Counted from the stretch's first letter, positions 8,859 to 19,153 are shown. The stretch is 64,000 nt of DNA from Candidatus Omnitrophota bacterium (GCA_026387175.1 JAPLME010000012.1:5849-69848), one strand, 5' to 3'. The notes: generated by a model from the sequence alone, not told the origin. Program-made: numbers and translations.

Positions 8859-10628
8859 TTATTTGACTTTCTCCTGCACCTCTTTCTTCATCATCTGAAT
8901 AAACTCATCTATCATAAGGCGGCCCATCTCTCCCTGAGCTTTCGACCGCACCGAAAGCGATTCATCGGCTGCTTCTTTTTCGCCCACGATCAGCATATAA
9001 GGCACCTTCTCCACTTCCGCGTCGCGGACCTTTTTCTGGAGCCTTTCATTCCTGTGGTCGAGCTCCGCGCGAAAACCGTTCTCGGTCAACATCCTCTCCA
9101 CTTTCTTCGCATAGCTGATCACTTTCTCCGAAACCGGTATTATGATCACCTGCGTCGGGGATAACCATAGCGGCAGCGCCCCGGCAAAATGCTCAATGAG
9201 CGCTCCGGTAAATCTTTCGAGAGAGCCCAGGATAACGCGGTGCAGCATTATCGGCCGGTACTCTTTTCCGTCCTCGCCTATATATTTGAGATCGAATCTC
9301 TCCGGCAGCGCGAAGTCACATTGTATGGTCGCGCATTGCCATTCACGCTTTAAAGCGTCTTTTAACTTTATATCTATCTTAGGGCCGTAAAAAGCGCCGT
9401 CGCCTTCATTAACGCTGTATCTTATGTATTTTTTCTTTAACGCGCTTGAGAGCGCGTGATGCGCGGCGTCCCAGTCTTCGTCGTTCCCGATCGATTTAGC
9501 GGGCCTGGTCGATAGCTCGACCACGAAATCCTCGAAACCGAAGACATTTAACGTGTCTATTACAAAATCTATCACCTTTATTATCTCATCTTCCACCTGT
9601 TCCCTGAGGCAGAATATATGGGCGTCATCCTGCGTAAATCCTCTTACGCGCAATAGGCCGTGCAGCACTCCCGATTTTTCATTCCGGTAAACCGTGCCCA
9701 GCTCAAAATATTTTATCGGCAGGTCCTTGTAGCTCCTTGTCTTGGATTTATATACGAGTATATGGCCGGGGCAATTCATCGGTTTTATCGCATACTCCTG
9801 CCCCTCTATCTTAAATGTATACATATTCTCTTTATAATATTCGAAGTGCCCCGACTGTATCCATATGTCGCTCTTCATCACATGCGGGCCGACCACTAAC
9901 TGATAGCCGCGTTTTAAATGTTCTTTCCTTATATAATCCTCGATCAGGCACCGGAGCATCGCGCCCTTGGGATGGTAAAGGACAAGCCCGGGGCCCACCT
10001 CTTCATTAAAGCTGAAATATTCGAGCTGTTTGCCGAGAACCCTGTGGTCACGCTTGCGGGCCTCTTCCATAAGGGTCAGGTAGTTGCCGAGAGCTTCCTC
10101 TGTCTCGAAAGCCGTGCCATATATCCTCTGCAACATAGGGTTGGTCTCTATGCCGTGCCAATAAGCTCCCGCGATAGACAATAGTTTGAATGCTTTGACT
10201 TGTCCGGTCGACTCTATGTGCGGTCCGCGGCAGAGGTCAACAAAATTACCGTCTTTATAAATACTGACTTTCTCGTCCGGTATCTCTTTTATCAGTTCGA
10301 GCTTATACTTTTCACCCTTTTTCTTAAATAGCTTCGCCGCTTCTTCCTTGGTCAGTTCCGAATGTTCAAACTTATAGTCCGCCCGGATTATCTCGAGCAT
10401 CTTCTCCTCGATCTTTTCCAGGTCCTCGGGCTCAAAAGGTTCCGCTTTATCGAAATCGTAATAGAACCCGTCGGCGATCGAAGGGCCAATGCCGAGCTTA
10501 ACGTCCGGCCATAATACCTTCACCGCCTGCGCCATAATATGCGATGTGCTGTGCCTTAATATATTTAAGTCCATAAGTTCCTTGTCTTGGCAAAGTAAAA
10601 TGGTGCCGGGAGAGGGGGTCGAACCCAC
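8859..10628 (-). CDS. thrS: Threonine--tRNA ligase
   Basis: Class II aaRS core and C-terminal anticodon-binding domain; conserved thrS-infC-rpmI-rplT-pheST order. Confidence 0.9.
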   Translation of the reverse strand: MGSTPSPGTILLCQDKELMDLNILRHSTSHIMAQAVKVLWPDVKLGIGPSIADGFYYDFDKAEPFEPEDLEKIEEKMLEIIRADYKFEHSELTKEEAAKLFKKKGEKYKLELIKEIPDEKVSIYKDGNFVDLCRGPHIESTGQVKAFKLLSIAGAYWHGIETNPMLQRIYGTAFETEEALGNYLTLMEEARKRDHRVLGKQLEYFSFNEEVGPGLVLYHPKGAMLRCLIEDYIRKEHLKRGYQLVVGPHVMKSDIWIQSGHFEYYKENMYTFKIEGQEYAIKPMNCPGHILVYKSKTRSYKDLPIKYFELGTVYRNEKSGVLHGLLRVRGFTQDDAHIFCLREQVEDEIIKVIDFVIDTLNVFGFEDFVVELSTRPAKSIGNDEDWDAAHHALSSALKKKYIRYSVNEGDGAFYGPKIDIKLKDALKREWQCATIQCDFALPERFDLKYIGEDGKEYRPIMLHRVILGSLERFTGALIEHFAGALPLWLSPTQVIIIPVSEKVISYAKKVERMLTENGFRAELDHRNERLQKKVRDAEVEKVPYMLIVGEKEAADESLSVRSKAQGEMGRLMIDEFIQMMKKEVQEKVK

Positions 10629-10687
10629 ATGGCCTTGCGGCCGAGGGATTTTAAATCCCTTGCGTCTGCCAATTTCGCCATCCCGGC
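10601..10687 (-). tRNA. tRNA-Leu (anticodon TAA)
   Basis: Minus-strand cloverleaf GCCGGGA.../...TCCCGGCACCA, anticodon loop TTTAAAA, long variable arm, encoded CCA. Confidence 0.8.
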
Positions 10688-10769
10688 TGACTTTTCCTGC
10701 GCAGTAGAGGACTCGCTTCGAGTCCTCCCGAGCTTACCATATAAAACAATTGTCAAACTACAGTTAATA

Positions 10770-10846
10770 TGGTGGGCAGTAGAGGACTCGAACCTCTGAC
10801 CCCCACGATGTCAACGTGGTGCGCTAACCAACTGCGCTAACTGCCC
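10770..10846 (-). tRNA. tRNA-Val (anticodon GAC)
   Basis: GGGCAGTTAGCGCAGTTGG...anticodon loop TTGACAT...GGTTCGAGTCCTCTACTGCCCACCA. Confidence 0.8.
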
Positions 10847-10891
10847 ATGCTACACTTATTGATATGTCCCGCAGCAAACTCGGTGCAAAAT

Positions 10892-10966
<75 letters not shown>

Positions 10967-10992
10967 GTAAAGTTGTTTGGCGGACAGGCCCT

Positions 10993-11451
10993 CTAGCGTG
11001 CCGCGCCCGCCGCCCATTCGACGGAACCATCCACTCTCAATACGTTCCTGCCTCTTTTCTGGTGGTTCCCGTCGAGGTCTTCCACTATAATCTCTTTAAG
11101 CGGCGAAATCTCTGTGAGCCCGAATGTATATTTATATTCGGGTTTTTCTTTAGTGCCTATATTTTTAGTCGCGGGGCAATCGAAAACATTCTCCGCATCC
11201 ACATATCGCGGATAAAGCTCACCCAGCGCGCCCGGAAAAGAATCATTATGGTCCGCGGCATATGCGTGAAGGCCCAGGCTTATCTTTCTCAGATTATTGG
11301 CGCAGCCAAACCTGCGCGACCTGGCCTTCGCCATATTCACAAATGGTGTAAGGGCCCCTATTATTAATAAAAATACCGAGACTACCGCGACAAGCTCTAT
11401 AATGGTAACCCCTTTATTCTTAGTATGTTGTACCAATAAGACGCTTCTCAT
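10993..11451 (-). CDS. Prepilin-type N-terminal cleavage/methylation domain protein with a DUF1559-like C-terminus
   Basis: N-terminus KGVTIIELVAVVSVFLLIIGAL (pilin-like) and C-terminus RNVLRVDGSVEW (compare DUF1559 NVLFADGSV). This class is abundant in PVC-group bacteria. Confidence 0.55.
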   Translation of the reverse strand: MRSVLLVQHTKNKGVTIIELVAVVSVFLLIIGALTPFVNMAKARSRRFGCANNLRKISLGLHAYAADHNDSFPGALGELYPRYVDAENVFDCPATKNIGTKEKPEYKYTFGLTEISPLKEIIVEDLDGNHQKRGRNVLRVDGSVEWAAGAAR

Positions 11452-11470
11452 ATAGTCCCCAAAATTTTTA

Positions 11471-12127
11471 CTATATATTAAAACTTAATATCTTGTCAAG
11501 GATAATATGGGACAGCTCTCTCTTGTACCGATTGCGCACCCTGATCTTGTTGCCCAGCTTGTCTATTATCACTATATCCGATCTATTATCGCCGAATACG
11601 CGCGAACGCCTGTTTAAGGAGTTTGCCACAATTATATCGGCATTTTTACCCAGGAGCTTCTTCAAGGCGTTCTTCTCGAGGTTTTCTGTCTCGAGAGCGA
11701 ATCCCGCCACCACCCTGCCAGCCTTATGAGCGCATATCTCGCTCAATATATCCGGGTTCTCTACCAGTTCGAGAGTAATTTTACCTAAAGAGCGCTTGAT
11801 CTTGCGCGAGGAGGCTTTTTTCGGCCTCCAATCGGAGACTGCGGCGGCCATTATCACGTAATCCGCCCCCTTAAGCTCCGAGAGCGCCGCATTTCTCATT
11901 TCGAGGGCGCTCTCCACGCCTATGAGCTTAACTCCTTGCGGCGCTTTAAGATGCGTCGGACCGCTCACAAGTGTGACGCGCGCTCCCCGCCTTACCGCTT
12001 CACCGGCCAATTCATATCCGAAAATTCCTGTGGAATAATTCGATATGAACCGCACAGGGTCTATCTTCTCTCGTGTGGGCCCTGCGGTTATGAGTATGGA
12101 GGGTCTTTTTTTGACGATGGCGCTCAC
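11471..12127 (-). CDS. coaB: Phosphopantothenate--cysteine ligase (CoaB); GTG start overlaps the coaC stop
   Basis: ILITAGPTREKIDPVRFISNYSTG motif; GTG at 12125-12127 overlaps the TGA of the upstream ORF (GTGA). Confidence 0.8.
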   Translation of the reverse strand: MSAIVKKRPSILITAGPTREKIDPVRFISNYSTGIFGYELAGEAVRRGARVTLVSGPTHLKAPQGVKLIGVESALEMRNAALSELKGADYVIMAAAVSDWRPKKASSRKIKRSLGKITLELVENPDILSEICAHKAGRVVAGFALETENLEKNALKKLLGKNADIIVANSLNRRSRVFGDNRSDIVIIDKLGNKIRVRNRYKRELSHIILDKILSFNI

Positions 12128-12669
12128 TTCGCCAGCCTTTTCGCTTCCGCCAGAATATCGGCTAAATCTGCTATATGGCCCATGGCTTCACATCCGCAGG
12201 CCAGATGCCCTTTTATAGGGCCTATAAAATGATACCCTATCTTTTTCAATTTCGCTATATTCTCCTGGACGATCCTGTGCTCATACATCTTATCGTTCAT
12301 GGCAGGCGCTATCAAGACGGGGGCATCGGAAGCGAATACAGTGCATGTCAATATATCATCGCATATACCTGAGGCGAGCTTCGCTATTATGTTTGCCGTA
12401 GCGGGCGCTATCAATATGAGGTCCGCCTCTTCAGCCAGAGATGTGTGGACGGGATTCCACTCCTCGGGGCTTTCAAACATATCCATAATCACTTTATTTT
12501 TTGAAAGCGTCTGGAGCGTGAGCGCCGTTACAAACTCTTTTCCTTCTTTAGTAAGCAGTATCCTGACATTAAAGCCCTCTTTTTTAAGCAGGCTTGTCAG
12601 TTCGCATGCCTTGTAGGCGGCGATCGAACCTGTAACGCCAAAAATTATGGTCTTTTTATCTTTTTTCAC
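12124..12669 (-). CDS. coaC: Phosphopantothenoylcysteine decarboxylase flavoprotein (CoaC)
   Basis: Flavoprotein fold: IIFGVTGSIAAYKA...PAMN motif; HFI...LACG. Confidence 0.8.
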   Translation of the reverse strand: MKKDKKTIIFGVTGSIAAYKACELTSLLKKEGFNVRILLTKEGKEFVTALTLQTLSKNKVIMDMFESPEEWNPVHTSLAEEADLILIAPATANIIAKLASGICDDILTCTVFASDAPVLIAPAMNDKMYEHRIVQENIAKLKKIGYHFIGPIKGHLACGCEAMGHIADLADILAEAKRLAK

Positions 12670-12869
12670 TTGCCTGGATTTATTTTGTAGGATATTTTAC
12701 CCTGTGATATCTCTTCTATGGCCACGTTCATCGCCTTGGCATTAGGCGGCGCATCTATGAGCCTTGCCGCGCCCTCGCTAAGCTCTATAGCCCTTCGGGA
12801 AGCCAGTATCACCAGCTTATAAGAGCTTCCTGTTTGATTAAAAAGATGCGCTATATCAACTTTATGCAT
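12666..12869 (-). CDS. rpoZ: DNA-directed RNA polymerase subunit omega
   Basis: 67 aa: NQTGSSYKLVILASRRAIELSEGA is typical of omega. Confidence 0.7.
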   Translation of the reverse strand: MHKVDIAHLFNQTGSSYKLVILASRRAIELSEGAARLIDAPPNAKAMNVAIEEISQGKISYKINPGK

Positions 12870-13461
12870 TCTTCGTCTCCTCCAATTCCTTTATCACTAT
12901 TCTTTTAAGGGTTTTGTAAGCGTCTTCCAGCTTATCATTTACTATCCTGTAATCGTATCTGCGCTTGTAAGCCATCTCTTTTTTGGCCAGCGACAGCCTT
13001 CTCTCCACGGCCGCAGGTGTTTCCGATCTGCGCAGATTAAGCCGGGTTTTCAATGCTTTTATCGACGGCGGTAATATAAATATCAGGACGCTGTTCTTCG
13101 GGTATGAGCGCCTGATCTTCATCGCGCCCTTAACATCTATGCTAAGGAGAACGGGTTTGCCTTTGGCGAGGTTGGCCTTTACGAATCTCGCGGGCGTTCC
13201 ATAGAGGTTGCCGAAATTCTCTTCATGCTCCAGAAAGGCCCTCTTCGTCACCATCCCGAGGAAGCGTCTTCTCGAAACGAAGAGATAGTCGATGCCTTCT
13301 CTCTCCCCGGGCCTGGGATGCCGGGTCGTCATCGAAATCGAATTAGCGAGCCCGAACCCATCCCTTAGAAGCCTGTCGCAGAGCGTAGTCTTGCCGCACC
13401 CCGATGGCGCGGATATTACGAACACTTTGGCTTTGTGGCTTCGGATAGCAGATCTTCTCAC
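12862..13461 (-). CDS. gmk: Guanylate kinase
   Basis: P-loop SAPSGCGKTTL and the GMP-binding region. Confidence 0.9.
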   Translation of the reverse strand: MRRSAIRSHKAKVFVISAPSGCGKTTLCDRLLRDGFGLANSISMTTRHPRPGEREGIDYLFVSRRRFLGMVTKRAFLEHEENFGNLYGTPARFVKANLAKGKPVLLSIDVKGAMKIRRSYPKNSVLIFILPPSIKALKTRLNLRRSETPAAVERRLSLAKKEMAYKRRYDYRIVNDKLEDAYKTLKRIVIKELEETKNA

Positions 13462-14336
13462 TCTAGGTTCTTCGCCTGTTCCCTGATCTTTTCTATCTCG
13501 CTCTTTATCTCGATGACATTCTTTGAGATCTTGAAATCGCTCGCCTTGGAGCCTATCGTATTTATTTCCCTGTGAAGCTCCTGCGCTATGAAGTCCAGCT
13601 TCTTCCCGACCTCTTCGCCGGAGGATAGTGTCTTGCTGAAATTTTCCAGATGATTTTTAAGCCTGGTGATCTCTTCTGAGATATCGCAGTTCTTCGCGAA
13701 TATAGCCACTTCCATCTCGAGCCTGCCTATATCGATATCGCGCCCGCCGGTCAGCGCCTTTACCCTCGTCTCAAATCTCTTACGGTATTCGTCGATATTA
13801 AGGTGCGCCCTTGACCTTATCGAAGCGAGCAGCTTCAGTATCTTCTTCACTCTCGTCGAAAGATCGATCGAAAGCGCCTTTCCCTCCTTGGCCCTGTCTA
13901 TAACAAGGTTCCGCATGGCATTCTCGATAGCGGACTTTACCTTTGGCCAGGCTTTCGCGAGATCCCCTTCCCCTGCCTCATAATTCAGGACTCCGGGTAA
14001 CGCCACTAATTCTTTTATTGTTATATCTCCGGAAAGGCCGAGATGCTTCTTCAGCTTAATAAGTTCGTCGTGATAATTTCTCGCGGCTTCCTTATTTATG
14101 GCGAAACGCTCGTCCTTTAACAATGTCCCGTCACATGTTAAATTAAGGCTGACCTTGCCGCGCATGATCTTTTTCTGAAGGACTTCCTTTATCTTCTCTT
14201 CGAAGACAGCCAGATTGCTCGGGAGTTTAATGGCCGCATCAAAAAATTTGTGGTTCACCGTCTTTATCTCGACGGAGATTTTACCGTTTTTGACTTTAAC
14301 GGCTCCCCTGCCGAAACCTGTCATCGATCTTATCAT
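13458..14336 (-). CDS. YicC-family stress-induced protein (DUF1732)
   Basis: MIRSMTGFGRG N-terminus and a conserved C-terminal helical region. Confidence 0.7.
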   Translation of the reverse strand: MIRSMTGFGRGAVKVKNGKISVEIKTVNHKFFDAAIKLPSNLAVFEEKIKEVLQKKIMRGKVSLNLTCDGTLLKDERFAINKEAARNYHDELIKLKKHLGLSGDITIKELVALPGVLNYEAGEGDLAKAWPKVKSAIENAMRNLVIDRAKEGKALSIDLSTRVKKILKLLASIRSRAHLNIDEYRKRFETRVKALTGGRDIDIGRLEMEVAIFAKNCDISEEITRLKNHLENFSKTLSSGEEVGKKLDFIAQELHREINTIGSKASDFKISKNVIEIKSEIEKIREQAKNLE

Positions 14337-14348
14337 CGTTTGTTCCCT

Positions 14349-14846
14349 TTAAGCCCAGACTCTTTTTTCGATCGTCGCTTTGACCTTTTTCGACGGGTAG
14401 AGGTCCGTTATTATCTCATCCGGTGAAAACCAGAGCTTTATTTCCCTCTCCGCTTCCTCGAGATTGGCCGACGCGTGGATAACGTTTTCGTAAACACCCT
14501 TCGTCGTGATGCGCCCGTAAGCGCCCCTTATCGATATGGGGTCTGCCTCTTCCGGGTTCGTGGCGCCGCAGATCTTCCTTACTTTCCCGATCGCGTCATC
14601 GCCCCAGTAGACAAGCGCCATCACTTTTTTCTTGTGGTAGGCCCCCATGATATATTTGATGAGGTCCGTGAAAAACGGCTTGTCTTTCAATAATGCGTAG
14701 TGCTGCTCCGCAAGCTCTTTAGATACCTGGACGATCCTGCACGCGACTATTTCGAGTTTCGTTTCGGACAGCCTGGTGAGCACGTTACCCGTAAGGGATT
14801 TACTCAATCCATCGGGCTTGATCAATACTAACGTCTGTTCTGCCAT
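14349..14846 (-). CDS. ndk: Nucleoside diphosphate kinase
   Basis: ERTLVLIKPDG-type N-terminus and the NIIHASD-like active-site region (NVIHASAN). Confidence 0.85.
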   Translation of the reverse strand: MAEQTLVLIKPDGLSKSLTGNVLTRLSETKLEIVACRIVQVSKELAEQHYALLKDKPFFTDLIKYIMGAYHKKKVMALVYWGDDAIGKVRKICGATNPEEADPISIRGAYGRITTKGVYENVIHASANLEEAEREIKLWFSPDEIITDLYPSKKVKATIEKRVWA

Positions 14847-14898
14847 AATCTCCTCTCTATGTTTATTATTATATCTTAATCAATTTGAGGGGTCTTCG

Positions 14899-15774
14899 TC
14901 AAGGCTTTTTCGTGTTAAGCATATCCAGTATGCGGTTCATATCATCGGTCGAATAGTATTCTATCTGGATAACTCCTCGTTTTTTACCGTGGGTTATGCG
15001 GACGCGCGTCCCGAATAGCTGCTGCAACTGGCTCTCAATATCTATTATGCTCTGATCCTTCCTTATCTCCACCGCAGGCTTAGCCCCGCTCATCCTGCGG
15101 GCAACCAGGCATTCGGTCTCTCTGACCGAAAGGCCTTTTTTAACTATCAGGTTGCAGACCCTCAGCTGATCTGTTTCCGCCGGAAGCGACAGGATCGCTT
15201 TAGCGTGCCCGGCAGTTATAATGTTCTTTGAAATATAGTCCTGTATCTTCTTCGGCAAGCCCAATAGCCTTATAGTATTAGCTATTGTCGAGCGGTCCTT
15301 GCCGAGCGCTGTGGCGATCTTCTCCTGCGTGAAATTAAAATCCGTGATGAGTTTCTGGAAAGCGAATGCCTCTTCTACGGGATTTAACTCTTCGCGCTGT
15401 ATATTCTCTATAAGCGAAATCTCCACCATATCGATATCGGTGACATTCCTCACTATAGCGGGTATCTTCTCTATCCCTATCGCCCGCACCGCCCTGAGAC
15501 GCCTCTCTCCCGCTATCAGTTCATATCCATCCGCTGTCTTCCTGACCAGGACGGGCTGGATAACCCCTTTTTCTTTGATAGAGCTTATAAGCTCGTTTAA
15601 TTTTTCCTGATTAAAATCCGTACGAGGCTGATATTTATTAGTTGTGATCCGCGCAGTATCTATATGCAGGATCTGTTCATTGCCTGACTGCTTCAGATTG
15701 GCAGAAGATGCTGATACAACTGCAGTCGGCGTCAATAGCGCATCTAAACCCCGGCCCAATGCTCTCTTTTCCAT
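14899..15774 (-). CDS. parB: Chromosome partitioning protein ParB/Spo0J
   Basis: GERRLRA ParB box and an HTH region. Confidence 0.85.
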   Translation of the reverse strand: MEKRALGRGLDALLTPTAVVSASSANLKQSGNEQILHIDTARITTNKYQPRTDFNQEKLNELISSIKEKGVIQPVLVRKTADGYELIAGERRLRAVRAIGIEKIPAIVRNVTDIDMVEISLIENIQREELNPVEEAFAFQKLITDFNFTQEKIATALGKDRSTIANTIRLLGLPKKIQDYISKNIITAGHAKAILSLPAETDQLRVCNLIVKKGLSVRETECLVARRMSGAKPAVEIRKDQSIIDIESQLQQLFGTRVRITHGKKRGVIQIEYYSTDDMNRILDMLNTKKP

Positions 15775-16601
15775 TATTTAACCTCCGCTTCACTAATATT
15801 CTGCAAGTTATTGCTACTATTGAAGTTATCTTTCATTTCTTTCTCAACGCCTAACAATTCATTTACAAAATCCTGATATTTCTGGGCACCAATAGAATGC
15901 TTATCATAAAGCGCTATTGGTTTGCCAAAACCAGGCGCTTCAGTAAGCTTAACATTTCTTGGTATAACAGTATTATAGACCTTGCCTTTGAAAAAATTCC
16001 TCGCTTCATTAATCACTTCATTTGTTAAATTTGTCCTGAAATCTGCCATTGTAAGCAGAACACCTTCGATATTTAAAGCAGAATTTATGTTTTCCTTAAC
16101 AAGGTTTATTGTATTAACTAACTGGCTGAGGCCCTCCAAGGCATAATATTCACATTGTACCGGTATCAGGACAGAATCTGCTGCAGCAAGCGCATTTATC
16201 GTTAAAAGTCCAAGCGATGGAGGACAGTCTATTATTATGAAATCATATTCGGGGAGTATAGCCGCTATTGCTTTTTTCAGCTTGTATTCTCGCCCCATTA
16301 TACCTACAAGCTCTACTTCCGCGCCGGTTAAACTCAATGTGGAAGGGATAATTGAAAAATGATCTATACCACTGCTTATTATAATAGATCTGGGGTCAGC
16401 ATCTTCGATAAGCATTTCATATACACTTGCTTTGATATTATGCTTATTTATACCGAGACCGCTGGTGGCATTACCTTGGGGATCTATATCTATAAGTAGG
16501 GTTCTTTTGCCTGAAAAGGCTAAAAATGTGGCAAGATTAATAGCAGTTGTCGTCTTCCCGACACCGCCTTTTTGATTGCATATAGCGATTGTTCTAGACA
16601 T
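15774..16601 (-). CDS. parA: Chromosome partitioning ATPase ParA/Soj
   Basis: Deviant Walker A KGGVGKTTTAINLA. Confidence 0.85.
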   Translation of the reverse strand: MSRTIAICNQKGGVGKTTTAINLATFLAFSGKRTLLIDIDPQGNATSGLGINKHNIKASVYEMLIEDADPRSIIISSGIDHFSIIPSTLSLTGAEVELVGIMGREYKLKKAIAAILPEYDFIIIDCPPSLGLLTINALAAADSVLIPVQCEYYALEGLSQLVNTINLVKENINSALNIEGVLLTMADFRTNLTNEVINEARNFFKGKVYNTVIPRNVKLTEAPGFGKPIALYDKHSIGAQKYQDFVNELLGVEKEMKDNFNSSNNLQNISEAEVK

Positions 16602-16702
16602 TCGTATTAATTTTCCACGTGGAACAATAATAACTTATTGGAAATTTTTATACTCTATTTCTCAAAAGTCTACACTATATTAGCTAAAAAGTCAAGGTTA
16701 TG

Positions 16703-18280
16703 CTAACTATTCTTAGCTAACGAGGCCTGCTCGGTTATTGTTAATAAAGTGTTAACAACCCAATATAAAACAAGCCCCGATGGCATACTGTAAAATATAA
16801 AGCCGAATACTATCGGCATGATAATCAACATCATCTTTTGCTGCTCTTTTTGCTCAGCCGTAACGGCACTGCCCATCGTCTTAGTGGAGATCTTCTGCTG
16901 CATAACCATGGCCGCTACCATTATGATAGGAAGAATATTTATGCTATTGCCGATTAAGGGCAGAGTAAAGGGCAGCCTGACCGCATCCGGGGAGGACAGA
17001 TCTCTTATCCAGAAGAAACTTGCATTACGCAGCTCTATGGATTTCATCAGCGCTGAATACAAAGCTATGAATATCGGCATCTGGAGCAGTATTGGCAGAC
17101 AGCCGCTCAATGGGTTAATCTTATATTTCTTATATAACTCCATTATCGCCTTATTCAATTTATCCGGGCTATCCTTATACTGCTTCTTCAGCTGTTCCAT
17201 TTGAGGATGTAATTCTTGCATCTTCTGCATGGACTTAAAGCTTTTTACAGTGAGGGGGAATAGAATGATATTCAAAAACACCGACAGCAATATTATCGAA
17301 AATCCCCAGCTGCGTGTTACAAGATGAAAAAATCCCATTACAGTTATCATTACTTTGCTTATTCCGCCGAAGAATCCATAATTAACCGTTGTCTCAAGCC
17401 CATAATTCAGTTCCTTCAATGCGGGTATACTGCTTGGCCCTGCATATAGAACAAACTTATTATCTATGAAAGAATTTGGCTGAATAGTAACAGCATCTGT
17501 ATCTATCCCCATCACCAGGGCGCCGCTTTTACCCTCGCTATAAAATTGGGATTTGGTGGATATGAATGGTTTCAGCACGAGCGAAAAATATTTATTTTTA
17601 AGAGTTGACCAGCCTACGATCCCTAAATTAATTATACGCTGGCCCGGCTTCGGCCTTTTAAAGCCCAGTGTCTTACCGTTTATATCAGCAGTGACTTCAA
17701 CAAATCTCTTATCCTGATTATTAACTTCGGATATGCCGGCGCCTCCTATTATCCTATAACTAAATTGTTTTGACGATCCCGAGATATTTTTTACTAAAAT
17801 GTCTAAACCTATGCCGTGCTTAGACTTATATAATGTGTACCTTTTTGTTATTTCAAGATCGCCCGTTCTAAGAATATAAGTCACCGTCTCTCCGGAGACC
17901 TGTGATGAGTAAAGAGCATTATCTATATCGGTATTAGTTACGCTACTGATATTTAGCAAGTATTCTGCCGGGTTAGTTAATTTTACCAAATCTAAGTTTT
18001 CAGTTGAATTAGATGCTTTAAAGTCTTTAAGCCTGATCTTCTTTATCGCGCCGCCTATATTACTGAATGTCAATATGTAGGTGCCGGTTTCGGCTTCGAG
18101 CTCTTTTTCCTCGACGCTAGGAGTAACTTGCTGTATAATTCCGGCATCTTTGGCAGGTTCTGCCGCTACCGGACTGGCTGCTTCGCGTGGCGGCACAGTA
18201 ACTGGTTTGGGCGATAGAAATTGGAAGGTCACAACGATAAGAACCGATAGTGCTATGGCTAATATCAGCCTTTTTTCCAT
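16703..18280 (-). CDS. yidC: Membrane protein insertase YidC
   Basis: Signal-anchor, large periplasmic domain and a 5-TM C-terminal core; gene order yidC-yidD-rnpA-rpmH. Confidence 0.85.
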   Translation of the reverse strand: MEKRLILAIALSVLIVVTFQFLSPKPVTVPPREAASPVAAEPAKDAGIIQQVTPSVEEKELEAETGTYILTFSNIGGAIKKIRLKDFKASNSTENLDLVKLTNPAEYLLNISSVTNTDIDNALYSSQVSGETVTYILRTGDLEITKRYTLYKSKHGIGLDILVKNISGSSKQFSYRIIGGAGISEVNNQDKRFVEVTADINGKTLGFKRPKPGQRIINLGIVGWSTLKNKYFSLVLKPFISTKSQFYSEGKSGALVMGIDTDAVTIQPNSFIDNKFVLYAGPSSIPALKELNYGLETTVNYGFFGGISKVMITVMGFFHLVTRSWGFSIILLSVFLNIILFPLTVKSFKSMQKMQELHPQMEQLKKQYKDSPDKLNKAIMELYKKYKINPLSGCLPILLQMPIFIALYSALMKSIELRNASFFWIRDLSSPDAVRLPFTLPLIGNSINILPIIMVAAMVMQQKISTKTMGSAVTAEQKEQQKMMLIIMPIVFGFIFYSMPSGLVLYWVVNTLLTITEQASLAKNS

Positions 18281-18286
18281 TTTAGC

Positions 18287-18547
18287 TTACCTTACTGGAT
18301 CGTAGCCGCCTTGTGAAAATGGATGACAGCGCAGTATCCTTTTTAATCCCTTAAATGATCCGGAGAATATTCCGTATTTTTCGATCGCTTCTATAGTATA
18401 TTCTGAGCAGGATGGGTAGAACCTGCAACATTGTATGTTCATGGGCGACAAATACTTACGATAAAACTTCAAAATAGAAATTGCGCCGATTTTTAAATAT
18501 CTCATAGCAGAATCCCGGCTTCTTTCGCCAATGCTAAAAAAACACAA
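18287..18547 (-). CDS. yidD: Membrane protein insertion efficiency factor YidD
   Basis: [10 protein letters not shown]...HPGGYDP-like motif ([14 protein letters not shown]...[12 protein letters not shown]). Confidence 0.8.
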   Translation of the reverse strand: MCFFSIGERSRDSAMRYLKIGAISILKFYRKYLSPMNIQCCRFYPSCSEYTIEAIEKYGIFSGSFKGLKRILRCHPFSQGGYDPVR

Positions 18548-18861
18548 CCGATCTCCTTACGCAAAAACTTCTTTTCGGGGCCCTTCCTTACGATCACTAC
18601 CATATCAAAGGCCGGTTTGAAGATCGGTTTATTTTTTCTATAAACTTCGCGGAAAGACCTGCGGATGCGATTGCGAATGCAGGCTCGCCTTACATTCGCG
18701 GAACTTATCGAAAAACCCATACGGTTGTAGGCTAAGCCGTTGGGCATTATCGACAGAATGAAACCGTTTTTTCTGAAAGACCTGCCTTTTTTATATACCG
18801 CCCTGAACTCCCTCGACTTTAAAATATGCTCTTTTTTCCTGAAAGTCTCGTCGGAGATCAT
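18502..18861 (-). CDS. rnpA: Ribonuclease P protein component
   Basis: Basic protein with the RNR motif region ([11 protein letters not shown]). Confidence 0.8.
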   Translation of the reverse strand: MISDETFRKKEHILKSREFRAVYKKGRSFRKNGFILSIMPNGLAYNRMGFSISSANVRRACIRNRIRRSFREVYRKNKPIFKPAFDMVVIVRKGPEKKFLRKEIGCVFLALAKEAGILL

Positions 18862-18995
18862 ACGGTAAGCTTATGGCGGCCTTTTCTCCTTCGTCTCTTT
18901 AATACTTCCCTGCCCCAGCGGTCCTTCATTCTTTTTCTAAATCCGTGTTTTTTCTTTCTCTTGATATTGGATTTGGGCTTTAGGCCATATTTCAT
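18858..18995 (-). CDS. rpmH: 50S ribosomal protein L34 (not in the ORF track because it is under 60 aa)
   Basis: Manual minus-strand translation: [45 protein letters not shown]. The stop TGA overlaps the rnpA ATG. Confidence 0.8.
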   Translation of the reverse strand: MKYGLKPKSNIKRKKKHGFRKRMKDRWGREVLKRRRRKGRHKLTV

Positions 18996-19153
18996 TTTAC
19001 GTTCCTCTCTTTCGCTGTTTTGATGTTGTTAGATTATATCATAAAGGCCCGCCCAGTCAATCATTTAATTTCACTTTATCAATTTTCCTTGCAATGCGGG
19101 CCATACTTTTATATAATAGCGCATGCTGTGCCGTATTAACGGTTAAAAACCAT

